DNA of 64,000 nucleotides from contig OX597837.1 in NCBI GenBank assembly GCA_951406725.2, positions 8,680,001-8,744,000 of the forward strand. The letters are read 5' to 3'. A program made the translations under genes and the position numbers. Positions 25,405 to 40,511 of the stretch are shown here, piece by piece. This DNA is from Octopus vulgaris. Taxonomy: Eukaryota. Position 1 is the stretch's first letter; each line of letters opens with the position of its first letter. The notes beneath the pieces are model-generated. The model searched no databases, had not been told where the DNA came from, and saw nothing but the letters and a program-made list of their open reading frames with translations.

Positions 25405-25410
<6 letters not shown>
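25050..25410 (-). mobile_element. TA-flanked non-autonomous Penelope-like element
   Basis: First ~110 bp recur at 56692-56801; carries a hammerhead motif; (TA)n on both sides. Confidence 0.65.
25184..25268 (-). ncRNA. Type I hammerhead ribozyme motif with intact catalytic core
   Basis: Minus strand ttag-CTGAAGA-t.tact...(tattaaa/tttaata; gctgtaa/ttacagc)...agta.t-GAAA-CAATTG-TA-ctaa; stem I ttag/ctaa, palindromic helix III ACAATTGT, GUA cleavage triplet. Confidence 0.7.
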
Positions 25411-25464
<54 letters not shown>

Positions 25465-25469
<5 letters not shown>

Positions 25470-25912
25470 ACCATATTTGATATCGATACCACCATAGAAA
25501 CCATCAAGCAAAAGTCATGTGCTAACAGTACCTGCATAGCAAGGTAAGAAAAGCGCGTTAGATTCTTCAAGGACAACAACATGTTCAAAAATAACACAAG
25601 AAATTTCTACAGGAATATACGGAAAATACCAGTTACATTAAAGTGTGTCCCATCAAAAGAAAAATTGCAGGAATTTTGGAATAAGGTTTGGGCAGATGAC
25701 ACAATGAAAAGGCCCTTTGGATTGCTACCTGTCATGACTTACAGTTTCAATATCATTAACTGGTCCATTACTGAAATATGTAACCTTGACAGAAAAATAC
25801 GAAAATTATTGACAATGCATAGACATAGAACGACTTTATCTGCCAAGGAAAGAAGGTGGCCGTGGCCTTTTTACAACTGGAATTAACAATGACACCTTTC
25901 TCAAAAGCTCTG
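25465..25912 (+). pseudogene. Dong/R4-like retrotransposon ORF fragment (part 2), RT core deleted
   Basis: IETIKQK...AR*EKRVRFFKDNNMFKNNTRNFYRNI...PSKEKLQEFWNKVW...HNEKALWI joined to the post-RT segment LPVMTYSFNIINWSITEICNLDRKIRKLLTMH...IERLYLPRKEGGRGL. Confidence 0.85.
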
Positions 25913-25919
25913 AGGGGAG

Positions 25920-26290
25920 TCCATTACATAAGCCCCAGTGCTCAGCAGGTACATATTTCATCAACCTTGCAAGGATGAGAATTGAAGTGTACCTCGGCGG
26001 ATTTTGATCTCAGAAGTTGAAGGCGTGTTAATGATTCTAACAGCACGTCACCAGGTTTTGTTTCTTTTTATGAGAGGATGGGCAGGTTAATAACATTGAC
26101 CTCAGTGTTCCACTGGAATATCATTTCATCGGTTCCGAATGGATAAAAACCAAAGTTAGCCCGGCCGAGGTTAACTTTGTTTTTGAATAAAAATTAAAGT
26201 GCCGTAACAAATAAATTTGAATAAAGAGTGGTAACAAATGGCGCTAAGCATTTTTCCCGGCATGCAAAATATTCAGCCAGTTTGCCGTAT
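25920..26290 (-). mobile_element. Cluster of diverged Meta-domain-like SINE fragments
   Basis: ccccagtg...ggtac...cctcggcggattttgatctcagaa; tgacctcagtg; gctaagcatttttcccggcatgc. Confidence 0.55.
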
Positions 26291-26413
26291 TAATGATATG
26301 GGCATGTTTCAAATATATGCATTTTACACCAGAAGTCCCTCGCAGATTCATGCATATACATATCGAGTTAAAGCAGTGGAAAACTTAAATGTCTTATATG
26401 ATAAACTAATACG

Positions 26414-27042
26414 TAGAATTACTTGTTAATCGCAATTAAATTTCTTTAAATATCTGTGACTGCCTCTGTCTCTTCCTCCCCTCTCTCCTTCTCCAACATC
26501 CCTCCTTCCCCCCTCTCTCTATCTATTTATATATGTATATGTATGGACATATATAATATATATATGCTTCTTCAAAAATATTCGAAACCAGGATATTGGT
26601 TAACATGAAAGCCAGAAGAATAATACTAGGTATTTGGAAATATATCTTAATAGATTAAATATAATTGATAAATTAAATGCTTCTGTTCCACCAGGGAAGG
26701 GTTGGACGTTTCTAACTGGCCAATCACCCAACTGGAAAATGACAAAAACTCCCTTAACTCCTTCTAAATGTTAAGATCATAGCCAAGCACATTCTGTCAT
26801 TTTCGTCTGCAAAAAGCTATTCAAAAGCCGATATAGAGAAACATATAAGGTATATATATATACATGGAAATTATATGGATTTGTAAGGTAAAATTATAGG
26901 CTGTTGTTTTTAATTTGGTTAGTATTAACAATTTATACCCAATTTCTATTGTCGTGGTTTTCTGTAACACTTTTATTTGATAAACGTATATATAGAATTA
27001 CTGGTTAATACGTTTAATCGCAATTAAAATCCTTTAAATATA

Positions 27043-27082
<40 letters not shown>

Positions 27083-27181
27083 GCTCCCTCTCTCCGCCTA
27101 CATACTATATCCCACTCTCTATCTATTTATATATATGTGTATATGCTTATATATAATGTATATGCATCTTTAAAAATATTT
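26414..27181. repeat. Diverged local direct duplication (26414-26582 and 26992-27181)
   Basis: Both copies run tagaattact.gttaat...cgcaattaaa..ctttaaatat...(CT)n...ctctctatctatttatatat...aaaaatatt. Confidence 0.7.
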
Positions 27182-27534
27182 ATTTACTAGCACAGTTATT
27201 CATACATACCTACACACATGACCATATAATCCTATATTTACGTATATATATATGTGTGTGTTTGTATACACGTATACGTACGTATTTAAAGAGAGACGGA
27301 GAGGAAGAGAGACGGAGGGAGATAGATTGTGGGATAGACATAAATAGATATGTATATATGCGTATATACACACCAACATGTATATACATGTATGCGTATA
27401 CACGCTGATACTAACATAAATATAAACGTTTAAATAGAAAGACATATATAAAATTTAATTGTAAAATTTTATTCAAATTTTACAATAACTTTAATATGCA
27501 AACATTATACACACACCTACACATACACACACAA

Positions 27535-27583
<49 letters not shown>

Positions 27584-27600
27584 CACAATCATATATATAC

Positions 27601-27631
<31 letters not shown>

Positions 27632-28034
27632 TATATATGTGTATATATATATATATACATATATATATACATATACACAGTCATATATAAACGTATTAAT
27701 CAAGGCTATGCAAATAGGTACACAGTAGTAATTAGAAAAGCTAAGCAATAACTATAAATGCCACCCCCTCCTTAATTATAATGTGACTTAATTAAATTTC
27801 GTTTTATTGTTACAATGAAATATTAATTCAAAGAGAGAAGATAGAAAATGTTTACATGGAGATGTTGTTCGTTAATTATATACTTTCTCTTAATGAAATC
27901 CTTTTCAAAAGTAAAGATTTCATTATACCATTTATGCTCGTATATATACCTACATATATATATAAATATTCAGATACGTACATACATATATATATGTATA
28001 TATATTTATATATATGTATACATGTATATATATA

Positions 28035-28076
<42 letters not shown>

Positions 28077-28142
28077 CATATGTATGTACGTATCTGAATA
28101 TTTATATATGTATATATATATCTATGTAGAGAGAGAGAGAGA

Positions 28143-28193
<51 letters not shown>

Positions 28194-28717
28194 GCTTTGT
28201 TTGTTATCAGCTTGAAATCCGATGTGGAAAAACATCTTAGATATATGAAGAAAAATATACATATATACGTTCTTATATTCATGGATATGTGTGAGCGAGT
28301 TTGGATGTGTACGGGTGTGTATGTGTATATGTGTTTATCTATATCTCTCTATATATATGTACGTATGTGCATATACATGTGTGTGTTTGTGTGAGTGTAT
28401 GCGTTTGTTTATGTGTGCTTGTGTCTCTTTATTTTTTTGTATCTATCCACCTTCCTATCTATACTTCTACCTACACGCATACACGCACAGACGCCTGCGC
28501 GTATGAATCAGTAAGTAAAGTTAATTTTTTGTGCACTATTTTCTCTCTCTCTCTCTCTCTCTATCTCACTCTCTCTCTATCTATCTATCTCTATCTATCT
28601 CTCTATCTCTATCTATCTCTCTATCTCTCTATCTAACTGTCTGTCTATCTATCTATGTTTCTGTCTGTCTGTCTGTCTATCTCTCAATCCATCTGTCTGT
28701 CTGTCTGTCTCTCTATC

Positions 28718-29047
28718 TACTCTTTTACTCTCTTTTACTTGTTTCAGTCATTTGACTGCGGCCATGCTGGAGCACCGCCTTTACTCTTTATTCTTTGTAA
28801 GCCCAGTACTTATTCTATCGGTCTCTTTTGCCGAACCGCTAAGTAAGGGGGACATAAACACCCCAGCATCGGTTGTCAAGCAATGCTAGGGGAACAAACA
28901 CAGTATATATATACATATATACGACAGCTTCTTTCAGTTTCCGTCTACTAAATCCACTCATCTTGCCCAAGATTCCACGCCGTGGGACTGAACCCGGAAC
29001 CCTGTGGTTGTTTAGCAAGCTACTTACCACACAGCCACTCCTGCGTC
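28718..29047 (-). mobile_element. CORE-type SINE, near full length with internal deletions
   Basis: tactcttttactc...cagtcatttgactgcggccatgctggagcaccgcc...gtgggactgaacccggaacc...cttaccacacagccactcctgcg. Confidence 0.92.
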
Positions 29048-29082
29048 TATGTATCTAAATGTATTTGTATCTATATCTCTCT

Positions 29083-29137
<55 letters not shown>

Positions 29138-32100
29138 CGTGCGTGTATGCTTGTGTGCATGTGTGTGCATGCGTGTGTATCGCACTTGCCCCTTTCTCGT
29201 TACTCACGTACGTTTAATCGACCTTATATTCCCCCACGTGCTCCAACCGTACATTATTATCAATTCCCTTCCTAAAGCGTTTATTCCTTCCTTCTTATAT
29301 AAGAATGTGCTGTTTCATAGATTTGTGTGCTTCTAACCACATTATAGAATATCGAATGATGATGGCCACTACTTCACAATGTGCGACCACATGAGAAACA
29401 GTGTTTTGTATAAAAGTTGCCCAAGTGATGAATAATTACTGAATAATCAAATTAACGTTGTAGTATCACGTGGGGCTTTGCTAATTGTACGCAAATAACG
29501 TTAGGACATATACAGAGTATTTTATACTTGGTATTCCTACTTGTTTAATTCTTATTGTAAGAGACTCACAGCGTCGAACACCGGTTGTGTCATTAAGCAC
29601 TGTGAACATTAAAATATACAGCTTAGAGAATCTAAGTTTATATTATGTACGTTTATTTACGTCTCTCTGTCTCTTTCTCTCTTTATCTCCCTCTCTCCTT
29701 TTCATTCTTCCCTCGCTCTTCTTTCCCTCATGCTTCACTCTCTCTCCCTCTACCTCCCGATTTCTCTTTTCGCGCACATACAGCCCCAAATTTATACATT
29801 CACACATGCATACAATCTCATACACATACAAAGGCCAATATGAACAAATTCTAAGTGTTAATTTGAACGCAGCTTCCTTCCTGCGAAATATCAGAAATAG
29901 TAATTACGAATTAATTAATATATCTTCTATATAATTAAAACTAAAGAAGGCGGAAGGAGAAAAGTACCGAATCAAAATGGAGACAACTAAAAGAGGACAA
30001 TTTTTGATCAGTGAATTTGTTGTAAATGAGTTAATTGACCAATAATCTAAAATATAAACACTTCAAAGAGTTTTGTTATTCTTGGATAATTCCAATGATA
30101 TATCGGGATAAAGAAAATCCCTGCAGTCCCCTCGTCAATATGTAACCGACATTTTAGAATATATTTACTTGTCTGCCAAAACATTAAGTGAAATCAGGAA
30201 GGATATTAGCCATCAAATTTCATAACCGCTTCAAGTTCTATTTGAGTGTTTATTCTCTGTAGCAACAAGAATTATTTGAGAAAGACAGATATCAATCGCA
30301 TTAAATATTCCAACTTCCGCATCAGTGAGTTGCTTCAGACACATCTATTGAAAGACAAAGACGTTTATTAAGAAAGTACAACAAATACATCTATATATCT
30401 TCTAATAGCAGTAAAAGATGTCCCATGTCCTTGTAAATGGCTTTCGCATCGATCTATGTAATCTTATCTAATGAATAATTAAAAAAATATAGCGTTCGAA
30501 CATTCTGTACATATAATTAGCAATCAGTTCAACATCTTTGTTAAACGAGGATGCTTTGACAGCAAGATTTCATATATTTCTGAAGTGCATGGTTTACAAG
30601 GCGGAGTAGAAAGTTTATATTCCGACCATGCTAAAAAATGCCCTTGTTTTCAAACTTTACATTGTTATCTCGGAGTTTCTATATCAAGATGGTTAAACTC
30701 GTATCATTGTTTTTACCCGCTTCTGGATCTATGAAGATGGTGAATATAGCAGGTATAAACACTAATTCATGTACATAATTCGTTTCTGTATTGGATATAT
30801 TTTATATAATGATCGTCTGCTAATGCTCACAAAATACAATCATAAAACCTTAGAAATTTCCACGAAAAAATACAGTGATTTTGAAAGAGAGTTCTATCTT
30901 CAGATCGTGAATTAAATATGATATAACTTGATGTTACTTTTACAGCAAGCGACACATAATCGAATCATAATGTTCATTGATTTCTACCACCATTATATGG
31001 TAACACTTCTCCATGTACTGGAAACGAATTTTAATACTACTTGAAAACGTATAAATGCTTTCTCTATATTTCAGAGAAATGAAACGTTTGTATTTTCTTT
31101 TGAAATAAGCGATCGCCCTATCAGCGATCTTACAATAAGGTGTTATAGAGGGAGAAGATATTTGCTTTGCTTTGTAAATGCTATCTAAATAATGTGTTTT
31201 CATGGTTCTCGGCTTAAAAAATATTTTATTAATATATGGATGCGCAAATATACATTAATAAAGTTACGTAGATTTACAAGACGGTGACAGCAGGGTGTCT
31301 GTGGAACCGCAGCATTGGAATCTGATGAAATTAAGCAATGATTTCCAAAATTATTATAAATGAGAATTTTAGAAAATTTTTATGGAAAATCTTATAATAT
31401 TAATGAATTATGGGAAGGGTTACATTCAAGCAACATTATTGGAATTCTTATCGTCATCATTATATCTTTCGGCAGTGCATATTCTTTTATTATATCTCTT
31501 CGTATTCTAGCACCCGCGACTGAGATTTGTTCCAAAGTTACACACCAACGAACTCAGTCCGCTCAAATGCCTGGCAGGTCCTAAATTTTGTTTCTTCGCC
31601 AATAGCATCGATATAATTGAATAACATTCTCGTTATATTGCAGTGCGGGAGCTCACAAAATATATCCTATATTGCAGGGGATATTCAGCAGAATAGCAGT
31701 GGGAGACACGATTATACTGTATTGTGAAACAAAAGTAAATATGGAATAGTTTCAAAAGTTTTGCCTTTTTCCAGTGAACTGTGTCGAGATCACTTGAGGA
31801 AACTCTCATTTTCAATAGCCAAATGCTATCGAAGATAAGCAAATTTCAGAGCAGACATAAATCACGATGACAAATTTCGGCAATGGAAAGCACGTCAGTG
31901 CATCTATTTGAAAAATGTTATACCATTCACCACAGTTAATTGTACAAATGTATCGGATATCGCATCATCTTTAATGGCTTAAGAATGCAGCATAAATATG
32001 TATACTCCTAGAACGACAAAATGGCCACGGCTGGAATATATTTAATAATAATTCTATGTTAAATTAGAGCCGATCTGAAAGTTTAAAATACAACCACTCA

Positions 32101-32764
32101 TACAAAATGTCTCCTAACAAATTTGTTAATAAAATATTTGTTAATAAAATTCCACTCACGTCAACTTTATAAAATTTCAAGTATAAATTTTATATACATA
32201 TGTACGTTTACGTATGTAGCTGTGCATGCATGTATGAATGTACGTATGTACGTGTGTATGTGTGTGTGTGTGTGTGTGTGTAGGTGTTTGTAAATTTCAA
32301 TTTGTTTTCAGACGGAATAAATTAAATTCTCACCAAAAACATATTTATTTTTCTGCAGAACACGAAAAACAATATTTTTTGTTTTGTATATGTGGCGTTT
32401 GTTTGTTATTAATGTTTTTTTTTTTTTTACTGAAAATTTCTTCTCTTTTGAGAAAAGATTTATGGACAGCTCCGTCTTTGATAGGACTTTTGATCACTTG
32501 TCGAGCAAACGATATTTTTTACGTATTTAATATTGTGTGGTTTATATTTTGTACTTTTATATTATCGCATATTTAAAAAATTCTTTATGCTAGTCATCTC
32601 AACTAACTAGGAATGTTATCACCAATTACTAACACACACACACACACGCACACATATACACATATATATATATATACATACATATATACATTATATAGAT
32701 ATATCTGTATGTGTGTGCATAGGTATATATATATATGCATATATGTATATTTATTTTACATATA

Positions 32765-32800
<36 letters not shown>

Positions 32801-32871
32801 TATACATATACACATATGATTTCTCCAACCATCGATAATGATATTAATGACGATAATAATACATTATTATG

Positions 32872-32924
<53 letters not shown>

Positions 32925-33065
32925 TATTATTATTATTATTGCTGTTGTTGATGTTGTTGTTTTTGATATATATATACAGAAATACAAAAAACTAAACATA
33001 AAAAATAAACATACAGAAAAACAATATATATATATCAATAAGCACATTGCTCTCTATGAACACAG

Positions 33066-33122
<57 letters not shown>

Positions 33123-33818
33123 GTATATGTATGTGTATATGTGTGGTTGTGTGTTTGTGTGTATGTATGTGCATATAAACACAGAAATATATTTCAATTG
33201 AGCGTCAAAATGTCTAATTTATTAAACATTATTACCTAAAATTTGATTTCTAGTACTTTAAAATTTGACAAAGTACATAACCATGGCAACAAAATGGAAA
33301 TTGCCGCAAAAGACGCCCACATTTCCATCCACATACCCACTCATATACAACCCGTTTACACCCACATATACATGCCGCATGTAAACATACATTTATTTTT
33401 AAACTGCACAAAATTAATTGTCAAATACGAAAGCGAAAGAAAAATGAAAATATATATAAAAGAAAAACAAAAACAAAACATGAAATAAAAGATAATAAAT
33501 ATGAAGAAATCTAAATATAACATAGACAGCTGATTTATTTTGTGAGATATATCATATGAGTGGACGTACGATAGAAAGGTGTTAATAACTAAGTTCTGGC
33601 AAACGTATTATAGATGAGATGTGATCGTTATATTTTGTATAAATCATGGAGAAAAATATTTGTTAGCTAGAAAAAACAATTTTTCAAGTTAAGAAAAACA
33701 TAGAAGAGATATACCGAAAGGAAAATGTAGAAAACATGGCGAAGACATATGTAGACACACAGCCATGTTTTTATATCTATAACACTATATATATATATAT
33801 TTATATATATATACATTC

Positions 33819-33874
<56 letters not shown>

Positions 33875-34091
33875 GAATATATATAAGTGGTAACGCCAAG
33901 ACATATACATAGACACATGTGCACAAAATCACACTCACACATGGAATATATGTAAAGGTGCATATATAGATATGTGAATATTAATATTTTTATTTGTGTA
34001 TGAGTAAAACATATGTGGGTGTTATTTGTTGCTATTTAGATAAACATTTGTCTAGTAAAACATAAACGCAAACGCAATACAATTATGTATG

Positions 34092-34139
<48 letters not shown>

Positions 34140-34332
34140 TATTATTATTGTGAGTAAGTAGCTGAGTGCTTCTATCCGGTTATATGTATATGAGTCTATT
34201 TGAAAGAGCATATGTGCAATTGTAAACCTCATATATTATGTTGATATTTAAGAAAAATAATTTGCATCTGTATGAGTTTGTATTTGTATATGCATATTCA
34301 TATATATCATGTGCTTCTGTGTATTTGTGAGA

Positions 34333-34363
<31 letters not shown>

Positions 34364-34366
34364 AAA

Positions 34367-34397
<31 letters not shown>

Positions 34398-34529
34398 CAT
34401 ACATACATACATATATGTATAAGTATAGATATGTATATGTATTTATAATATATATATATAATATATACATATGTGTGTGTATAATATATATAAAATATAT
34501 ATATAATATATATACAATATATATATATG

Positions 34530-34586
<57 letters not shown>

Positions 34587-35452
34587 CAGACACATTCTAG
34601 CACAAAGACACAGTCATCTATATAAACGAACCTGCGTGTACATACAATAACATACACAATACACCCATAGACGGCGGCACAGTCAAACGTATGCTCATAC
34701 ACAGATGAGGATACACAAGGATAGACACATTAATTGGCGGTAGATTACAATTATTGATTATATTTAAACTCAATTGATATTTATAACAGTGAATAGCCGA
34801 ACGAAACAACAACAACCATAGCATCGGCAACATCACATCGACATCAACTTCGGTAAATTTTTGAATAAGAAAAACTATCAAGCATTCCAAATAACAAAAA
34901 AAAAACAACAACTGCTCCTACAACCATATCAACACCAAACCACAAACACTTCCAGTAACAACAACAACAATATCGACAACGATGGTGACGACCACGTCGA
35001 TAACAAATACTGTGGGGAGAACAACAACTAAAACAAGAACAATTTCAATAACGAACATTGGTTACAAATCATTGAAACGTGTTGAAATTAGACAAGGCTA
35101 TTTACATGAAAAAATATTTGATTTATTTCCCCTTTATAGCTCATCGTATCTTCTCTACCTCTTGTCCACCATTTTGATTCTTTCAGACAAGGTTGTATTT
35201 ATTTTCTTTTAGATTTTGTTTTGGTTTTATTTCGTAGTAATTTGGTCAATAAAACAATTTTAAAGTTTTTTTTTACATTTGCGTATACACACATACATGC
35301 GCCCGTGTATATACATATGTGTATCTGTGCCTCGGTGCGTTTGTATGTGTGTGTATGTGTATAGATATATTTATATATATACATGTATGTCTGCGTGTGC
35401 GCCTGTCTATGCAAACACCGAGGCATAGATATACAAAAGAAAAATATGGCCC

Positions 35453-35550
35453 TATACACATATGAACATATAAATATATATGCATATATATACACATACG
35501 TATATATGTATATAAATATATACATATATATATATATATATATTTATAGA

Positions 35551-35591
<41 letters not shown>

Positions 35592-35678
35592 GAACATATA
35601 AATATATATGCATATATATACACATACGTATATATGTATATAAATATATACATATATATATATATATATATTTATAGA

Positions 35679-35720
<42 letters not shown>
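35453..35720. repeat. 128-bp tandem duplication of interrupted (TA)n
   Basis: tatgaacatataaatatatatgcatatatatacacatacgt... at 35461 and 35589. Confidence 0.85.
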
Positions 35721-35726
<6 letters not shown>

Positions 35727-36370
35727 TATATAAATATATATATATACGTATACATCTATGAATATACATAAGTATAAATAAAAATGTGTGCATGCCCATA
35801 TGTATGCCTACTTCTACATATATTTATATATGCATATATACATATATTTGTATGTATATATATGTGTGTGGGGGGGGCATACATGCACGCACGCCTATAT
35901 GTGTGTGCGTCCGACTGTGTTCATGTGTGTGTTTGCCTGTGTTTTAGTTCCTCTAAAATACAAGATAAATAAATGAATAGCGAAATAGAAAATATGATAT
36001 AAATTAAAAGACAAAAAAAAAAAAAAGATTTTTAAACGAAACGAAATCGATAAATAAATACATAAATAACAAAAATTCTAAAAAGAAAAATAGAAATCTA
36101 AAACAGATATAAATAAAAGTGAATAATAAATAAAGATTTATTATCTTTTTAAACTAATATCAATTTACAACTAGTCGTAACCCTACCACTCTTTCTTTGC
36201 ATAGCTCTGTGTATGTGTAGGTACGCACACACATGCTTTCTGTCACACAGACACACACACACATTCACACATGCTTTCCTCCATACACACCCATATATAT
36301 ATATATATTTACATGAAAACATATGTTCACGTACATGCGTACATATATGTACACAAATATTTAAATATAT

Positions 36371-36423
<53 letters not shown>

Positions 36424-37260
36424 GTTTTTGAAGAACATATATGTGTGTGTATGTTTGTGCAAGTAATTAATGTACTGCTATGGGAATTCACTCTTCTATG
36501 TAACTATCTGAGCACATATTTCAATCTATACCAAAATAGTTGTATGTGCGTGTGTGTTTACAAGCATTTTATTAAGCATACACAAAAAATGTGTACAATA
36601 ATACATCTACATATGTACATACATACACACATGCATATATATGCGTACATACATGCGTATATACATATGTATATTTCTATATGCATATGTGTACGTATAT
36701 ATGCATATTTGTATGTAAATATGGTCTCATTTAAGAATCACATATAGCATGGATATTCCATATTAATGTTCAACGTTTCCATACTTGATGGGACTTCAAT
36801 TGAAAGCCAGTTTTGTAAACACTTCTCCAGAACCCAAATCTATCTCCGCTAGGAGCCACGAATAAATAGAAGATTCGTAACTCAGGTATGGAAACCGTTA
36901 GAAATATCAGCCAAACCCCGTTTACATCATTGTGTTTCATATTCTGTCAGATTGTAAATTTATGTAAAATTTATTTATTGGCCGACCTCGAAGAGAAAGG
37001 CGATACTTAATGACGAAGTTCGCGTTAATTGTCGAAAGTTACTGGGTCGTTTTCAGCATTTTTATATATTTAAAGTTTAAAATTAAGACATTTTAGAGAG
37101 AAATTCTACTTATCACTTCGTTAATCATAGGTTTGTTTGTCAATTGTTTTGGAAGAATCCTGAATACCCCCAGATGACTGAAGGTAGCCGAAACGGTTAC
37201 TAGAAATATGAACTCGGTGAAATGTTAATGGAATAGTTGCCTTATACATAGATGTGTATG

Positions 37261-37681
<421 letters not shown>

Positions 37682-37773
37682 TTATTTATCTATCTATCTG
37701 CACGTTTGTCTGTCTCTCTGTCTAACTATATGCGTTTATATATATATGTGTATACATATATGTATATACATAA

Positions 37774-37814
<41 letters not shown>

Positions 37815-37846
37815 TAAGATGCGATGATTTTACCAACTTCGTGCGA

Positions 37847-37910
<64 letters not shown>

Positions 37911-38239
37911 GCATCGTACCAAGTTTGTAAGTTATTGCATCTTATTCCTTTTCAAGACTTCTGGCTCCTCTACAAGGATGTTTTTCATTCTTACCATCAT
38001 CAATATGCATCACTCCGGAATGGGTTTTCGGTTCTTTCTACGGTGGAATAAAAAAGTCATTAAGACACGAATCAAAACATGGTCGTCCATAATGTTGCTC
38101 CAGTCTACATTTCAACCCTGAAAATATGAAATTATGGTAAGTTACAAAGAAAAGTACCAGCATCAAATAAAAATTTAAGACTCAAATTTTGCCTTCATTT
38201 TCAAAATCTGGATAAGCATACGTAAATATATACATGTAA

Positions 38240-38296
<57 letters not shown>

Positions 38297-39042
38297 CATA
38301 CACACATATATATATACATACATGTGTGTATATGTATACTATACATATATACATATACATACATATACACAACAACGTGAAGAAACATATTTGTATATAT
38401 GTATATATACACACACGCATATATATTCATATTTATGCACATATATGCACATACACACGAATATATACATACAAACAAACATATAAATATATATATATAT
38501 AAATAAAGTCGCTCGTACACACGTACATATATATATATATGTGTGTGTAGATATATATATTATATATAAGTGTATGTATATTTTATATATATATATATAT
38601 GTTTGGTATATATATATATATATATACATACACGTGTATTCTTATATGCATATATGTATGTATATATATGTGTGTATGTGTGTGAACGTGTGTATATTTG
38701 AATGCATTATAATATATTTCTGTATTCGCGTTATACCTTTTTATTTTCAAATTTTGCCAAATTTTAACGCACTGTTGTATGTCGAATATTTGACACTGGA
38801 AACCATTGGATCAGGAAGGAGTTCTTGCTTGGCAAATCAAGCGAATGTCGAAATTGGCACAATATCAGAAGATTCCGTTCTCAGACAACTTAATTATCTC
38901 TATGATATCCGCTACCATAACGCAGCACATATCTCCATATTGCTTCCGTATAAATGTGTATAATGGACACATATATACATAGTCATTTACATATACTACA
39001 TACATATACATACATACATAATACATACACAGAAACTCACAC

Positions 39043-39094
<52 letters not shown>

Positions 39095-39155
39095 GTATAT
39101 ATACATATTTAGATATATTTTATAAACACATATGTATATATATGAATACATGCAT

Positions 39156-39188
<33 letters not shown>

Positions 39189-39232
39189 CATATTTAGATA
39201 TATTTCATGTTTACATGTATATATATGCATAT

Positions 39233-39267
<35 letters not shown>

Positions 39268-39490
39268 GATGTGCCTGTAAAGAGAGAGCAAATGATATAG
39301 AGATATACCTACCTGGTGCATACATGCATACAGGCTCACATATATTCATATACACATACATACTTATATACATATTTACATATATGTATATATACATATA
39401 TATAAATATATATATTCATATATATATATATATATATATACAAACATATATAAATATATTTATATTCATATATATATATATATATATATA

Positions 39491-39524
<34 letters not shown>

Positions 39525-39684
39525 TATATATACATATATATGTGCGTATATATGTATATATATATGCATATATATGTATATTCATATACGTGCGTTTTTG
39601 TGTATGTATGAATATGAATACGTGTGATCATGTAAGGAAGCATGTATGGAAGTAAATGATATACACATTGAAATACACATACAG

Positions 39685-39719
<35 letters not shown>

Positions 39720-39814
39720 CTAATCACACACATATACATCATTTGACTAATATAGCGAGTATATATCGTGCGGCAGAGAAAAGCTAGATCTATTCAAACA
39801 TATATATACATATA

Positions 39815-39876
<62 letters not shown>

Positions 39877-40511
39877 TAGATACATACAAACATAAATACA
39901 TACATACATAATATATACATAGATTTAGAATATATAATCCGAACATAACAAACCGGTCCATACCATACCACGCTTGCATACCGATATCATAAAAAAAAGA
40001 ATCATTAACTCACCGCTGGATACAGCCGCATTTCTAGGAAATGTGCGTTAGTTAATCAACGCCGTTTTATCAGCTTCCTAACCACGCTCTGAAAGATTTT
40101 TACTAGATTTAGCAACTGAATTATCCATTTCTGACATAAAATCTGACAGCTGATGAATCTAACCATTTTCTGAATTTCGTGGATTTTAACCAAAGCCCAT
40201 TAGAAATTGACAGCCCTTCTGAAAACACCTGAAATGATATTGCGAGCGTTTTAAAAGAAATTACGGATCACTCTTTGCAGCTTTGCTGCCGGAGAACTTC
40301 GGATTCTTTATTCCCAGTATGGTGCTGTAGGGAATATCGCCTTTTAAATTGCAAAGCCAGCGAATAAATTTACGCACCTTTTTTCTTTAAATCTACGGAC
40401 ATGCTCTAAGATGAGGAACTTTTAACAGAAGGTGGAAGACCTGTAGCATTAATCCTTGGGCGATGACATGAGGATCCTAAGATTTTTTCTGGTTTTTCCC
40501 TAGTCAAAATA

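Noticed and set aside
37165-37205. Hammerhead-like CAGATGA...GAAACGGTT
   Set aside because: Core is mutated and stems I and II do not pair convincingly
38740-38963. Non-repetitive tail of ORF 38541-38963 (VEYLTLETIGSGRSSCLANQ...)
   Set aside because: No recognisable domain and no clear splice acceptor; the start lies in a microsatellite
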